A DNA stretch of 64,000 nucleotides from Solirubrobacteraceae bacterium (GCA_033855845.1 JAWVFR010000078.1:10013-74012), one strand, 5' to 3'. Positions 1 to 9,531 are shown, numbered from the stretch's first letter. The notes: generated from the sequence alone by a model not told the origin. Made by a program: numbers and translations.

Positions 1-654
1 CCCGCCGCCGGATTCGCCGGCGTCAACGTGACGCTGCCCCACAAGGCCGCCGGGCTCGCGCTCGCCGACTCCGCCACCGAGGCCGCTCGGGCGATCGGCG
101 CCGCCAACAGCCTCACGTTCGCGGACGGCGCGATCGAGGCCGACAACACCGACGCGCCGGGATTCCTGGCCGCGCTCGACACGCCCGCGCAGGGCCTGCG
201 CGCCACCGTCCTGGGCGCCGGAGGCAGCGCGCGCGCCGTGGTGTGGGCCCTGCGCGAGGCGGGCGCCGCCGACGTCGCCGTGTGGAACCGCACCCCCGAG
301 CGCGCGCGGGCTCTGGCGGACGAGCTCGGCGCCCGCGCGGTGTCCGCCCCGGAGCCGGGCGACCTGCTGGTCAACTGCACCTCCGTGGGCCTGGACCCCG
401 GAGCCGACCCCTTCGAGCACCTCCCGCTGACGTCCGGCGACCTCGCCGGCTGGGGTCGCGTCGTCGACCTCGCCTACGCGGGCGACGGCGCCACCGCCTT
501 CCTGCGCGCGGCCCGCGAGGCCGGCGCGACGACCGTGGACGGGCTCGAGGTCCTGGTGCGCCAGGGGGCGCTCAGCTTCGAGCGCTGGACCGGGGTTCCC
601 GCTCCGCTGGACGCCATGCGCGCCGGGGCGGGCGTCCAGGCGCGCGGCGAGTAG
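1..654 (+). CDS. aroE: shikimate 5-dehydrogenase, 5' end cut by window edge
   Basis: Frame 1 is open from nt 1 and reads PAAGFAGVNVTLPHK (NVTxPHK motif), then VLGAGGSARAV (NADP glycine loop). Stop at 652-654. Confidence 0.85.
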   Translation, partial: PAAGFAGVNVTLPHKAAGLALADSATEAARAIGAANSLTFADGAIEADNTDAPGFLAALDTPAQGLRATVLGAGGSARAVVWALREAGAADVAVWNRTPERARALADELGARAVSAPEPGDLLVNCTSVGLDPGADPFEHLPLTSGDLAGWGRVVDLAYAGDGATAFLRAAREAGATTVDGLEVLVRQGALSFERWTGVPAPLDAMRAGAGVQARGE

Positions 655-807
655 GTCAAGCGCCGCCCGGCCGGGGCCGATGCAGACCGGGAGGTGGCCC
701 TCGATCGGTTCCGCACGCCAGGGCTTCAGTCCCAGGCCGAACCGCCCGATAGAGACGGAGAGAAATGCGTCTCCGGTCACGAGCGCGCGCCGCCCGCGAC
801 CACCGCC

Positions 808-2601
808 ATGGACTCCGAGAACCGGCCACATCTGCGGTCCGTCGACCACGGACCAGAGAGCGAGGGTGCCCTCGCTCGCAAGCCCCAGCCCGCGAAGGCC
901 AACCCGGGCATCACGGCGCCGAGCCGCCGCGGCGGCTCGGGCCGGTTCCTGACCGACGTCGTGGTGGAGATGGGCTTCGTGGACCGCCAGGCCGTCGACG
1001 CCGCCATCGACGCCGCCCGCACCGCGGGGCGCACCCCCGAGCAGGTCCTCCAGGAGCAGGGAAGCCTGACCCAGGACCAGGTGGCCCGCGCCGTGGCCGA
1101 GCGCTACGGCCTGGACCACCTGGACCTCAACGTCTTCACCATCGACATGGGCGCCGCGAACCTGATCAGCGCCTCCGCTGCCAAGCGCTACGAGGCGGTG
1201 CCGATCGCCTTCGTGGACGAGCGCACGCTGATGGTGGCGATGGTCGACCCCAGCAACGTGCTCGCGGTCGACGACATCGCGATCATGACCGGGCTGGAGG
1301 TGCGCCCGGCCGTCGCCTCACGGGAGGACGTCTCCGCCCTGATCTCTCGGCTGAACCGCCTGGACGACGTCGTCCAGGGCGTCGTGGAGGAGGAGGACGA
1401 GCAGCATCCCGCCGAGGTCGTCGACCTGCGCGAGTCCGCCGACGACGCGCCGGTCATCAAGCTCGTGCACTCGATCGTCGCCCAGGCCGTCGACCAGGGC
1501 GCATCGGACATCCACTTCGAGCCCGACGGCAGCGAGATGCGCGTGCGCTTCCGTGTGGACGGCATGCTGGCCAGTTCGGCCACGGTCCCGCGCCGGATGG
1601 TCCGCGGCGTCGTCTCGCGCATCAAGATCATGGCCGACCTCGACATCTCCGAGCGCCGCCTGCCCCAGGATGGCCGCGTGGGTCTGAACATCGAGGACAA
1701 GCACATCGACGTCCGCGTGGTCACGCTGCCCAGCGTCCATGGCGAGTCGGTGGTCATGCGCATCCTGGACAAGGACTCGGTGGTCGTCGACCTCGACAAG
1801 CTGGGGATGTCCCCGGACGAGCGCGACCGCTACGAGGACGGCTTCACCCAGGCCTACGGCGCGGTCCTGGCCACGGGCCCGACCGGCTCGGGCAAGTCGA
1901 CCACGCTGTACGCGGCGCTCCAGCACATCAACACCACCGACAAGAACATCATCACGATCGAGGACCCGGTCGAGTACCAGGTGGACGGGATCACGCAGGT
2001 GCAGGTCAACCCCAAGGCGGGGCTGACCTTCGCCAACGGGCTGCGCTCCATGATGCGCGCGGACCCCGACGTGATCATGGTGGGGGAGATCCGCGACTCC
2101 GAGACCGCGAAGATCGCGATCGAGTCGGCCCTCACCGGGCACCTCGTCCTCTCCACGCTGCACACCAACGACGCGCCGACGGCGATCACGCGGCTGCTGG
2201 AGATGGGCATCGAGCCCTTCCTGGTGGCGAGCGCCATCGACTGCGTGGTGGCCCAGCGCCTGGCGCGCACCCTGTGTCCGACCTGCAAGAAGCGCACGCT
2301 GATCCCCGCCGCGGTCCTGCGCGAGAGCGGCTTCACGGCCCAGTACGACCTGGAGGCCTACGAGCCCGCCGGCTGCGGTCGCTGCGGCCAGACGGGCTAC
2401 AAGGGCCGCACCGGCCTCTACGAGGTCATGAAAGTCAGCACCGAGGTCCGCGACCTGATCCTGGAGCGCGCGTCGGCCGACCGCATCGCCGCCGTGGCCG
2501 TCGAACAGGGCATGCGGCGCCTGCGCGACGACGGCCTGGAGAAGGCCCGCCAGGGCCGTACGTCCATCGCCGAAGTTGCACGAGTGACGGATTCCGGCTG
2601 A
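808..2601 (+). CDS. pilB: type IV pilus assembly ATPase PilB (GspE family)
   Basis: ORF 694-2601 has a T2SSE_N-like N-terminus, Walker A GPTGSGKSTT and a tetracysteine CPTC...CGRC. Start set at ATG 808 because codons 694-807 carry many A/T third positions, unlike the rest. GTG 694 is the alternative. Confidence 0.9.
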   Translation: MDSENRPHLRSVDHGPESEGALARKPQPAKANPGITAPSRRGGSGRFLTDVVVEMGFVDRQAVDAAIDAARTAGRTPEQVLQEQGSLTQDQVARAVAERYGLDHLDLNVFTIDMGAANLISASAAKRYEAVPIAFVDERTLMVAMVDPSNVLAVDDIAIMTGLEVRPAVASREDVSALISRLNRLDDVVQGVVEEEDEQHPAEVVDLRESADDAPVIKLVHSIVAQAVDQGASDIHFEPDGSEMRVRFRVDGMLASSATVPRRMVRGVVSRIKIMADLDISERRLPQDGRVGLNIEDKHIDVRVVTLPSVHGESVVMRILDKDSVVVDLDKLGMSPDERDRYEDGFTQAYGAVLATGPTGSGKSTTLYAALQHINTTDKNIITIEDPVEYQVDGITQVQVNPKAGLTFANGLRSMMRADPDVIMVGEIRDSETAKIAIESALTGHLVLSTLHTNDAPTAITRLLEMGIEPFLVASAIDCVVAQRLARTLCPTCKKRTLIPAAVLRESGFTAQYDLEAYEPAGCGRCGQTGYKGRTGLYEVMKVSTEVRDLILERASADRIAAVAVEQGMRRLRDDGLEKARQGRTSIAEVARVTDSG

Positions 2602-2648
2602 TCTGCCGATAAGACCCTGACCCCCCGGCCACCTACCCCTCCGAATCT

Positions 2649-3728
2649 ATGAACTTCGACTTCGCAGACGTCCTCATGGAAGTGCTCGAGCGCCGCGCCT
2701 CCGACCTGCACATCGCGGCCGGCGCGCCGCCCACCATCCGCATCCGCGGGCGCCTGGTCGCGCTCGAGGACTACCCCCGCCTGACCCCTTCGGACACGCG
2801 CGAGATCGTCTACTCGATCCTCGGCAACGACCAGCGCCAGCGGCTGGAGACCGACCTGCAGGTCGACCTGGCCTACGCCATCCCCGGGCGCGCGCGCTTC
2901 CGCGTCAACGCCTACTTCCAGCGGGGCGCCATCGGCGCCGCCTTCCGCCTGATCCCGGCGAACATCGCCGGCATCGACGAGCTGGGCCTGCCGCCGATCG
3001 TGCACGAGCTGACCAAGAAGCCCCGCGGCTTCGTGCTGTGCACCGGCCCCACCGGCTCCGGGAAGTCCACCAGCCTCGCGGCGATGATCAACGAGATCAA
3101 CGAGACCCGCGAGGAGCACATCATGACGGTGGAGGATCCGATCGAGTTCCTGCACCAGCACAAGAAGTGCCTGGTCAACCAGCGCGAGCTGGGCAGCGAC
3201 GCGATCACGTTCACCGACGCCCTGCGCGCCGCCCTGCGTCAGGACCCCGACGTCATCCTGGTCGGCGAGATGCGCGACCTGGAGACCATCTCCACCGCGC
3301 TGACCGCGGCCGAGACCGGCCACCTCGTCTTCGCGACCCTGCACACGCAGGACACGCCGCAGACGATCGACCGCATCATCGACGTGTTCCCGCCCCACCA
3401 GCAGCACCAGGTGCGCGTCCAGCTGTCGGTCGCCCTGCAGGGGATCATCACCCAGACCCTGCTGCCGACCGCCGATGGCGCGGGCCGCTGCCTGGCCGCC
3501 GAGGTGCTGGTGCCCACGCCGGCCATCCGCAACCTGATCCGCGAGGGCAAGACGCACCAGATCTACTCGGTCCTGCAGACCAGCGCGTCGGCCGGCATGC
3601 AGACCATGGACTCCTCGCTGGCCAACCTGGTCCGCACCGGCCGCATCACCCGGCAGCTGGCGGAGCAGCGTTCCACGACCCCGGACGAGCTGCGCCGCCT
3701 GCTGGGCGCGACTCCGATGGCCGCCTAG
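2649..3728 (+). CDS. pilT: twitching motility (retraction) ATPase PilT
   Basis: 359 aa with a typical PilT N-terminus (ASDLHI...PPxIRI), Walker A GPTGSGKSTS and DPDVILVGEMRD. Confidence 0.92.
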   Translation: MNFDFADVLMEVLERRASDLHIAAGAPPTIRIRGRLVALEDYPRLTPSDTREIVYSILGNDQRQRLETDLQVDLAYAIPGRARFRVNAYFQRGAIGAAFRLIPANIAGIDELGLPPIVHELTKKPRGFVLCTGPTGSGKSTSLAAMINEINETREEHIMTVEDPIEFLHQHKKCLVNQRELGSDAITFTDALRAALRQDPDVILVGEMRDLETISTALTAAETGHLVFATLHTQDTPQTIDRIIDVFPPHQQHQVRVQLSVALQGIITQTLLPTADGAGRCLAAEVLVPTPAIRNLIREGKTHQIYSVLQTSASAGMQTMDSSLANLVRTGRITRQLAEQRSTTPDELRRLLGATPMAA

Positions 3729-3744
3729 GCGCGGGAGCAGCGAC

Positions 3745-4953
3745 GTGGAGACCTACGTCTTCAAGGCGATGGACCTCACCGGCGCCCCGGCCAAGGGCGA
3801 GGTGGAGGCCGACTCCAAGCAGGCGGTCACCGAGCAGCTCAAGCAGCGCGGCCTGATCGTCCTGGACATCGACTCCAAGTCGAAGTCCAAGGAGATCAAC
3901 ATCGAGTTCATGCAGCGGGTCAAGCTGCGCGAGCTGGCGATCATGACCCGCCAGCTCTCGACGATGATCTCGTCGGGCATGACCATCCTGCGGGCGCTGA
4001 ACGTGCTCGAGGCGCAGACGCAGGGCAAGCTGCTGCGCGAGACGCTGATGGGCGTGCGCCGCGACGTGGAGGCCGGGCTGCCGCTGTCGGACGCCATGGG
4101 CCGCCACCCCAAGGTCTTCGGCCCGCTCTTCACCTCGATGATCCGGGCGGGGGAGACGGGCGGGATGCTCGAGGAGTCCCTGGTGCGGATCGCCGACCAG
4201 CTGGAGAAAGAGGACGCGCTGCGCCGCCAGGTGCGCGCGGCCATGGCCTACCCGGCCGTCGTCGTCACCTTCGCCGTGGGCGTGATGCTCGCGCTGGTGG
4301 CCTTCATCGTGCCGGTGTTCGCGAAGATCTTCAGCGAGTTCAAGGGCGAGCTCCCGACGCTGACCAAGCTCACGATGAACGCCTCCAGCTTCCTCACGGG
4401 CCGCTGGTACCTGGTCATCGCCGTCACCGGCGGCGCGATCTGGGCCTTCATCATGTGGAAGCAGTCCGAGTGGGGGCGTCCGCAATGGGACGCCTTCAAG
4501 CTCCGGCTGCCGCTGAAGATCGGCGACACCGTCCAGAAGATCGCCCTGGCGCGCTGGTCGCGCACGTTCTCGGCGCTGATCTCCTCGGGCGTCCCGATCC
4601 TCCAGGCGATCGAGATCACCGGCAAGACCGCCGGCAACGCGCTCGTGGAGCGCGCGATGGCCGACGTGACGGAGTCCGTCAAGCGCGGCGGCACGATCGC
4701 GGCGCCCCTGAAGAACGTGCCGGTGTTCCCGGCCATGACGGTCGACATGATCGCCGTGGGCGAGGAGACGGGCGCCCTGGACACGATGCTGTCCAAGACC
4801 GCCGACTTCTACGAGACCGAGGTCGAGGCCTCGGTCAAGGCCATCACCTCGATCCTCGAGCCGGCGATGATCATCGTCGTCGGCGGCATGGTCGGGTTCA
4901 TCGTGATCTCGATGTACCTGCCGATGTTCAAGGTCTACGACCAGATCAAGTAG
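3745..4953 (+). CDS. pilC: type IV pilus platform protein PilC (GspF family)
   Basis: 402 aa with two GspF-type repeats and three TM segments, directly after pilT. GTG start. Confidence 0.9.
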   Translation: METYVFKAMDLTGAPAKGEVEADSKQAVTEQLKQRGLIVLDIDSKSKSKEINIEFMQRVKLRELAIMTRQLSTMISSGMTILRALNVLEAQTQGKLLRETLMGVRRDVEAGLPLSDAMGRHPKVFGPLFTSMIRAGETGGMLEESLVRIADQLEKEDALRRQVRAAMAYPAVVVTFAVGVMLALVAFIVPVFAKIFSEFKGELPTLTKLTMNASSFLTGRWYLVIAVTGGAIWAFIMWKQSEWGRPQWDAFKLRLPLKIGDTVQKIALARWSRTFSALISSGVPILQAIEITGKTAGNALVERAMADVTESVKRGGTIAAPLKNVPVFPAMTVDMIAVGEETGALDTMLSKTADFYETEVEASVKAITSILEPAMIIVVGGMVGFIVISMYLPMFKVYDQIK

Positions 4954-4955
4954 CG

Positions 4956-4997
4956 CAGCGCGCTTCCGGGCGCGCTGAATGGCGTTCAGCCGTTTTT
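4956..4997 (+). terminator. intrinsic terminator after pilC
   Basis: Hairpin CAGCGCGC-ttccgg-GCGCGCTG (4956-4977), then CTGAA-tggcg-TTCAG followed by CCGTTTTT (T-run 4993-4997). Confidence 0.6.
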
Positions 4998-5091
4998 CAC
5001 CCTTGCCTTGAACCCCGCCGCGTCGTAGCTTCCCCGTGCCGCCGGCGGGACTGCCGCGCGGGACAAGAGCAGGGGAACTCAGGGGGGACAC

Positions 5092-5664
5092 GTGGTCGGG
5101 ATCAGGCGCTGGTCGAGTGCTGTCGTATGCGCAGCCGCTGTTGCCGCCGTGGTGGCGGTCGGGGCCGCGCCGGCGGCGGCTCACACGGGGGGCTCGAACT
5201 GCCAGGGCAACCTGGCGCAGTCGGGTGCGACCTACCAGGGAAGCTGCACGTTCCCCTTCCAGGGCTACCCGATCGGGATGGCGGCGGTCTACGAGCCCTC
5301 GTCTACGGACCCGACCCCGAAGCCGAGCCAGATCCACGCGGAGGTCCTGCTCAAGCCCGCCTTCGGGACGCCGCAGACGATCGCGATGGAGTGCTACGCG
5401 CCGGACCCGAACGCCGACGGCACGATCCCGAAGGTCTACGGGCCCATGCGCTGCCGCCGGGAGTACAACGCGCCCCAGGCCGATGCGCAGTTCACGCTGC
5501 CGGAGCCGTTCCCCGCGGAGATCGTGTCGATGCAGTGCAGCGCGCACAGCCACGCCACGTACTCGCGCCTCTACCCGCCGTCGGGGACGTTCGCGTGCTG
5601 GTCCACGAACGAGGCGCGCCAGGACCTCGAAGAGGACGGCGTCTTCGCGGCGATGGGCTTCTAG
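5092..5664 (+). CDS. secreted cysteine-rich protein, unknown function
   Basis: 190 aa with a signal peptide ending AAPAAA|HTGG and 8 Cys in the mature part. G-rich SD before GTG 5092. Its stop overlaps the next start (TAGTG). Confidence 0.6.
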   Translation: MVGIRRWSSAVVCAAAVAAVVAVGAAPAAAHTGGSNCQGNLAQSGATYQGSCTFPFQGYPIGMAAVYEPSSTDPTPKPSQIHAEVLLKPAFGTPQTIAMECYAPDPNADGTIPKVYGPMRCRREYNAPQADAQFTLPEPFPAEIVSMQCSAHSHATYSRLYPPSGTFACWSTNEARQDLEEDGVFAAMGF

Positions 5665-6149
5665 TGCGCCGCCTCGCCGCGACGGCCGCGGTGCTGCTCG
5701 CCGGGGCGATCGCCCCGGCGAGTGCGTCCGCGCACGAGCCGAATCCGTTCGAGACGCTCGGGTCGGCCGGCGTGACCGGCGTCGTGGTCTCCTACCCGTT
5801 CGAGCGCTACGCCCCGGAGCCGGTCCACGTGTCGCGCTCGCTCGGGCTGCGCTACGTCAACCTCGACATGGGTTGGCACAACGTCGTCGCGCTGGACGCG
5901 CGGCGCCCCGGCGGATCGGCGCCCTGGTGCAAGAACTACCCGGCCGATCCCGAGCAGCCCGGGGTCGAGCAGTGCCCGCTGTTCTGGACCCCGCTGCTGC
6001 CGCCCGGCGGGTCCGACCCCTCCTACGTCACCGACCGCAGGAGCGACCACATGGTCGAGGGCCTCCAGGACACGAAGGTCGGCCAGACGTACACCTACTA
6101 CTGCGAGATCCACCCGCTCATGAAGGGCACGATCGAGGTCGTCGAGTGA
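5664..6149 (+). CDS. secreted type-1 (blue) copper protein, amicyanin/plastocyanin-like cupredoxin
   Basis: GTG 5664 is in frame with ORF 4455-6149. Signal peptide ends ...ASASA|HEP. Upstream His in GWHNV; C-terminal YYCEIHPLMKGTIEVVE gives Cys-x2-His-x2-Met ligand spacing. Confidence 0.75.
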   Translation: MRRLAATAAVLLAGAIAPASASAHEPNPFETLGSAGVTGVVVSYPFERYAPEPVHVSRSLGLRYVNLDMGWHNVVALDARRPGGSAPWCKNYPADPEQPGVEQCPLFWTPLLPPGGSDPSYVTDRRSDHMVEGLQDTKVGQTYTYYCEIHPLMKGTIEVVE

Positions 6150-7618
6150 TGCGCCGGGCCCTTCCGGCGCTCGCCGCCGCCGCGGCCCTGCTCGCCGCCC
6201 CGGCCGCCGCGTCCGCCGCCTGCGATGCGCCCGCCAGCCCCGCCGGCGAGTGGCCCTCGTACGGCCGCGACCTCGCCAACAGCCGCGTCCAGCCCGACGA
6301 GCACGCGATCGGGAAGGACAACGCGGCGTCGCTGAGGCCCGCGTTCGTCTACCGCACGCCCGGCCCGATCAACGCGACGCCGGTGGTCGACGGGGGCTGC
6401 GTGTTCGTCGCCTCGCAGGGCGCCGGGGCCCAGGAGGCCCGCGTCGCGGCGATCGACGCCGGCACGGGGCAGGAGGTTTGGGCCTGGCAGTCGACCATCG
6501 GCACGCCGTCGTTCGGCGGGCCGGCGGTCTCCACGCCGGCGCTGTCGGGCAACCTTGTGATCACCCCCATCAACAAGAACGCGGCGCCGTTCCTGGTGGC
6601 GAACGACCGCTCGACCGGCGCCGAGGTGTGGCGCAGGAAGCTCGACGACCAGGCCAACAGCGGCGTCAACGCGAGCGCGGTCGCCTACGACGGGATGGTG
6701 GTCGCCGGCTTCTTCGGCAACGCCGACGCGGGCTCGCACGAGCGTGGAGGCTTCGTGATCGTCGACGCGGCCACCGGCCAGATCGTCAAGAAGACGTACG
6801 CCATCCCCGACGCCGACTTCGCCGCGGGCTACGAGGGAGCCGGCATCTGGTCGACCCCCGCGATCGACACGAGCACGGGGTACGCGTACGCGGGCACGTC
6901 GAACCCGCACAACCCGCACCGGGAGCACGCGCGGTCCAACGCGCTGATCAAGATCGACCTGAACCGGGGAAGCCCGACGTTCGGCGAGATCGTGGCCTCC
7001 TACAAGGGGGTCGGCGACACGGTCGTCCCAGGCGCGTCGCAGCAGCCCGTGTGCGAGACCAAGCCCGACGTCTACTACGCGTACTCGTTCAGCGCCACGT
7101 GCCTCGCCGCGGACCTCGACTTCGGCTCGTCGCCGAACCTGTTCGCCGTCGACGGTCAGAAGCGGATCGGCGACCTCCAGAAGTCCGGCGTCTACCACGT
7201 CGTCGACGCCGGGACCATGGCGGGCGTCTCGCGCACGCCGGTCGGCGCGGCGTGCTTCGCCTGCAACGCCGCGTCCGCGGCGTTCGCCTCCGGCCACGCG
7301 TACGTGGCGGGCGGGCCGCCCGGCGAGCTGGTCGCGATCGACGGCGCCAACGGCGTGCCGGCGTGGGCCGCCCCGATCGCGGGCGGCTTCACCTACAACC
7401 CCGTGAGCGTCGCCAACGGCGTGGTCTGGACCCAGGACTCGCAGGGGTTCCTGGACGCCTACGACCAGCGGACCGGCGCCGTGCTGGTCAAGCGCAACAT
7501 GCAGGGCGACACCGGCGCCTCGGTGCGGCAGACCACCACGAGCGGCGGCATCGCGATCGCCCGCAACACCTTGTACACGGCCGCGGCCTCATACCTGATC
7601 GCCTACCGGCCGGCCTAG
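6149..7618 (+). CDS. secreted PQQ-dehydrogenase-like beta-propeller protein
   Basis: ATG 6149 overlaps the preceding TGA (GTGATG). Signal peptide present. Motifs: EWPSYGRDLANSR, PVVDGGCVFV, AIDAGTGQEVW, GAGIWSTPAID..YAYAGTSNP, as in quinoprotein dehydrogenase propellers. Confidence 0.75.
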   Translation: MRRALPALAAAAALLAAPAAASAACDAPASPAGEWPSYGRDLANSRVQPDEHAIGKDNAASLRPAFVYRTPGPINATPVVDGGCVFVASQGAGAQEARVAAIDAGTGQEVWAWQSTIGTPSFGGPAVSTPALSGNLVITPINKNAAPFLVANDRSTGAEVWRRKLDDQANSGVNASAVAYDGMVVAGFFGNADAGSHERGGFVIVDAATGQIVKKTYAIPDADFAAGYEGAGIWSTPAIDTSTGYAYAGTSNPHNPHREHARSNALIKIDLNRGSPTFGEIVASYKGVGDTVVPGASQQPVCETKPDVYYAYSFSATCLAADLDFGSSPNLFAVDGQKRIGDLQKSGVYHVVDAGTMAGVSRTPVGAACFACNAASAAFASGHAYVAGGPPGELVAIDGANGVPAWAAPIAGGFTYNPVSVANGVVWTQDSQGFLDAYDQRTGAVLVKRNMQGDTGASVRQTTTSGGIAIARNTLYTAAASYLIAYRPA

Positions 7619-7654
7619 TCACCAGCAGGGGAACCCCATGGGAGGAAACAGGAA

Positions 7655-8470
7655 ATGAAGACCAGAATCGTTGCGCGCGGCGCACTGCTCGCGTCCGTTC
7701 TCACGCTCGCGCTCGCCCCGGCGGCGACGGCGCAGGAGGGCGTAGACCCGCAGAAGGCGGCCGAGACCGTCGTGGGCGCCGTGCAGAAGACGTTCGGCGG
7801 CGGCATCACCTCGCACAGCTACGACTGCCAGGAGGGCAGGCCCGCGGTGCAGGCGGTCGTCAACGGCGTCAAGGACTCGCTGAAGTACAGCTACCCGGAC
7901 ATCTCGACGATGGCCGCGCGCGGCTACGCGCCGTATCCGGACGCGTTCCTGCTCGGCCTGTCGGGCGGCCAGGGCCACTGGCTGAACCCCGGTTTCCTCG
8001 AGGACGGGCACATCATGGACCCGAAGCGTCCCGAGGGGATTCTCGTGGACCGCTACCAGCGGCCGATCGGCGTGATGTTCATCGCCGACGACCCGCACGT
8101 GCCGGGCCCGGACATGTACGTGGACGACGCGACGGGCGTTCCCTGCAACGGCTGGCACTACCACGGTGAGATCACGGCCGACGCCTACTGGTACGCCTAC
8201 AAGTACGGCTGGAGCGGTGACACGCAGACCGCCCTCGGCTCCGGCGACCTCAGCAAGCTCCAGCCGCCGGACCGCACGCCCGACCTGATGCACGTGTGGG
8301 CCTACGGGGCGGACGGCGTCGCGCCGGACGGCACGCAGCTGTTCAAGTACCAGTTCCAGCACGCCACGCCCCCGGCGAAGTACATGCCGCCGGCACCGGA
8401 CGTGACGGACCCGAACCAGGCCCGCTGCATCGTCGGCGGCTTCCGGCCTCCGGGCGCGAACCCCTGCTAG
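7655..8470 (+). CDS. secreted His/Trp-rich protein, unknown function
   Basis: 271 aa. SD GGGAGGAAACAGGAA precedes the ATG. Signal peptide ends ...APAATA|QEG. Contains GHW, GWHYHGE and MHVW motifs. No family recognised. Confidence 0.65.
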   Translation: MKTRIVARGALLASVLTLALAPAATAQEGVDPQKAAETVVGAVQKTFGGGITSHSYDCQEGRPAVQAVVNGVKDSLKYSYPDISTMAARGYAPYPDAFLLGLSGGQGHWLNPGFLEDGHIMDPKRPEGILVDRYQRPIGVMFIADDPHVPGPDMYVDDATGVPCNGWHYHGEITADAYWYAYKYGWSGDTQTALGSGDLSKLQPPDRTPDLMHVWAYGADGVAPDGTQLFKYQFQHATPPAKYMPPAPDVTDPNQARCIVGGFRPPGANPC

Positions 8471-8477
8471 CGAGCTA

Positions 8478-8510
8478 GGACCGAGGCCCCGCTCGGCGGG
8501 GCCTCGGTCC
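8478..8510 (+). terminator. GC-rich hairpin terminator
   Basis: Perfect 14-bp stem GGACCGAGGCCCCG / CGGGGCCTCGGTCC with a 5-nt loop, 8 nt after the stop at 8470. No T-run. Confidence 0.55.
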
Positions 8511-8546
8511 GACGCCGGCGCCCGCACGCGCTAGGCTCGCGCGCCC

Positions 8547-8732
8547 ATGGCCGTCGAGGAAACGCTCGACCCCGCCGAGTGCCGCGCCTGTCACGGCACC
8601 GGGAAGGTGGTCTCCATGCTGGGCGGCGAACGCCAGGACGTCGACTGCCCGTGGTGCGACGGTACCGGGCGCTTCATCCCCGAGCACGACGCTCAGGCGA
8701 AGTGGGGGGACCCGCCCCCCGCCGCCGCGTAG
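8547..8732 (+). CDS. small DnaJ-type zinc-finger protein
   Basis: 61 aa with two CxxCxGxG motifs (CRACHGTG, CPWCDGTG). Confidence 0.5.
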   Translation: MAVEETLDPAECRACHGTGKVVSMLGGERQDVDCPWCDGTGRFIPEHDAQAKWGDPPPAAA

Positions 8733-8739
8733 GCGGCGG

Positions 8740-9459
8740 TCACACCGCCACCGGGCCCGGCACCAGGACCGCCGGATCGTGCCCGGGCAGGACGTTCGCG
8801 CCGGCGTCGCGCAGGGCGCGCAGCCGCTCGGCGGACGCGGCCTGCGCGCCGTGGTCGGCGGCGAAGAGGGGGAACCGGTGGTCGTCCAGGCCGGACGCGA
8901 AGTGCGTGACGTCGCCGCCGATGACCAGTAGCTCGCCGACGAGGACCGACTGGTGGCCGGGCGTGTGCCCGGGCGTCAGCAGCAGCCGGACCGACCCGTC
9001 GCCGAGCAGGTCGTGGTCGCCGTCGACGAGTGTCACCTGCCGCTCGGCCGCCGCGTAGTCGGCGGGCAGGTAGAAGTTCTTCTCGACCCCGGCGGCGTCG
9101 TGGGCGGCCTCCCACTCTCGGCGCTGCACCACGATCGGAACCGACCCCGGGAGCAGCGCCAGCGCGCTCGCGTGGTCGAAGTGCAGGTGCGTCAGCACGA
9201 CCCGGGTGACCGTGGCCAGGTCCACCTGCTCGGCGACGCTGCGCTCGAGCTCGAGTCCGAAGCCGGCCAGCGAATCCGGCCGGCCGTAATGGCGCGCGGG
9301 GTCCGCGACCGCCGCGGGGTGCAGGCCGGTGTCGACCAGGATCCGCTCGCGCGCCGTCTCGATGACGTAGGCCGGGATCGGAAAGCGGATCCGGTGGTCG
9401 AGGTCATCGCCGCGGCGCCAGAGTCCGGCGGCGGCGGTGAGCCATCCCACGTCGAGCAT
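8740..9459 (-). CDS. MBL-fold metallo-hydrolase, N-acyl-homoserine-lactonase-like
   Basis: C-terminal 239 codons of ORF 8740-10431. Has the HxHxDH motif (THLHFDHAS) and later [11 protein letters not shown] at 9459; GTG 9471 is the alternative. Confidence 0.8.
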   Translation of the reverse strand: MLDVGWLTAAAGLWRRGDDLDHRIRFPIPAYVIETARERILVDTGLHPAAVADPARHYGRPDSLAGFGLELERSVAEQVDLATVTRVVLTHLHFDHASALALLPGSVPIVVQRREWEAAHDAAGVEKNFYLPADYAAAERQVTLVDGDHDLLGDGSVRLLLTPGHTPGHQSVLVGELLVIGGDVTHFASGLDDHRFPLFAADHGAQAASAERLRALRDAGANVLPGHDPAVLVPGPVAV

Positions 9460-9531
9460 CTCGACCTTCACGACGGGAAACCTAGACCGGGCGGTGGTAT
9501 CGATCGCGACGCGTCCGATACGGTTTGCGAC

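Noticed and set aside
765-2612. Long alternative-frame and antisense ORFs with Arg/Pro/Gly/Ala-rich translations. Examples: 765-2612, 3646-5553, 6250-8169, 14092-17364, 23004-25028, 24818-26569, 29284-32322, 36033-38012, 43064-45139, 59144-62464.
   Set aside because: They overlap genes with clear family motifs. Their composition is the usual by-product of stop-poor off-frames in very GC-rich DNA.
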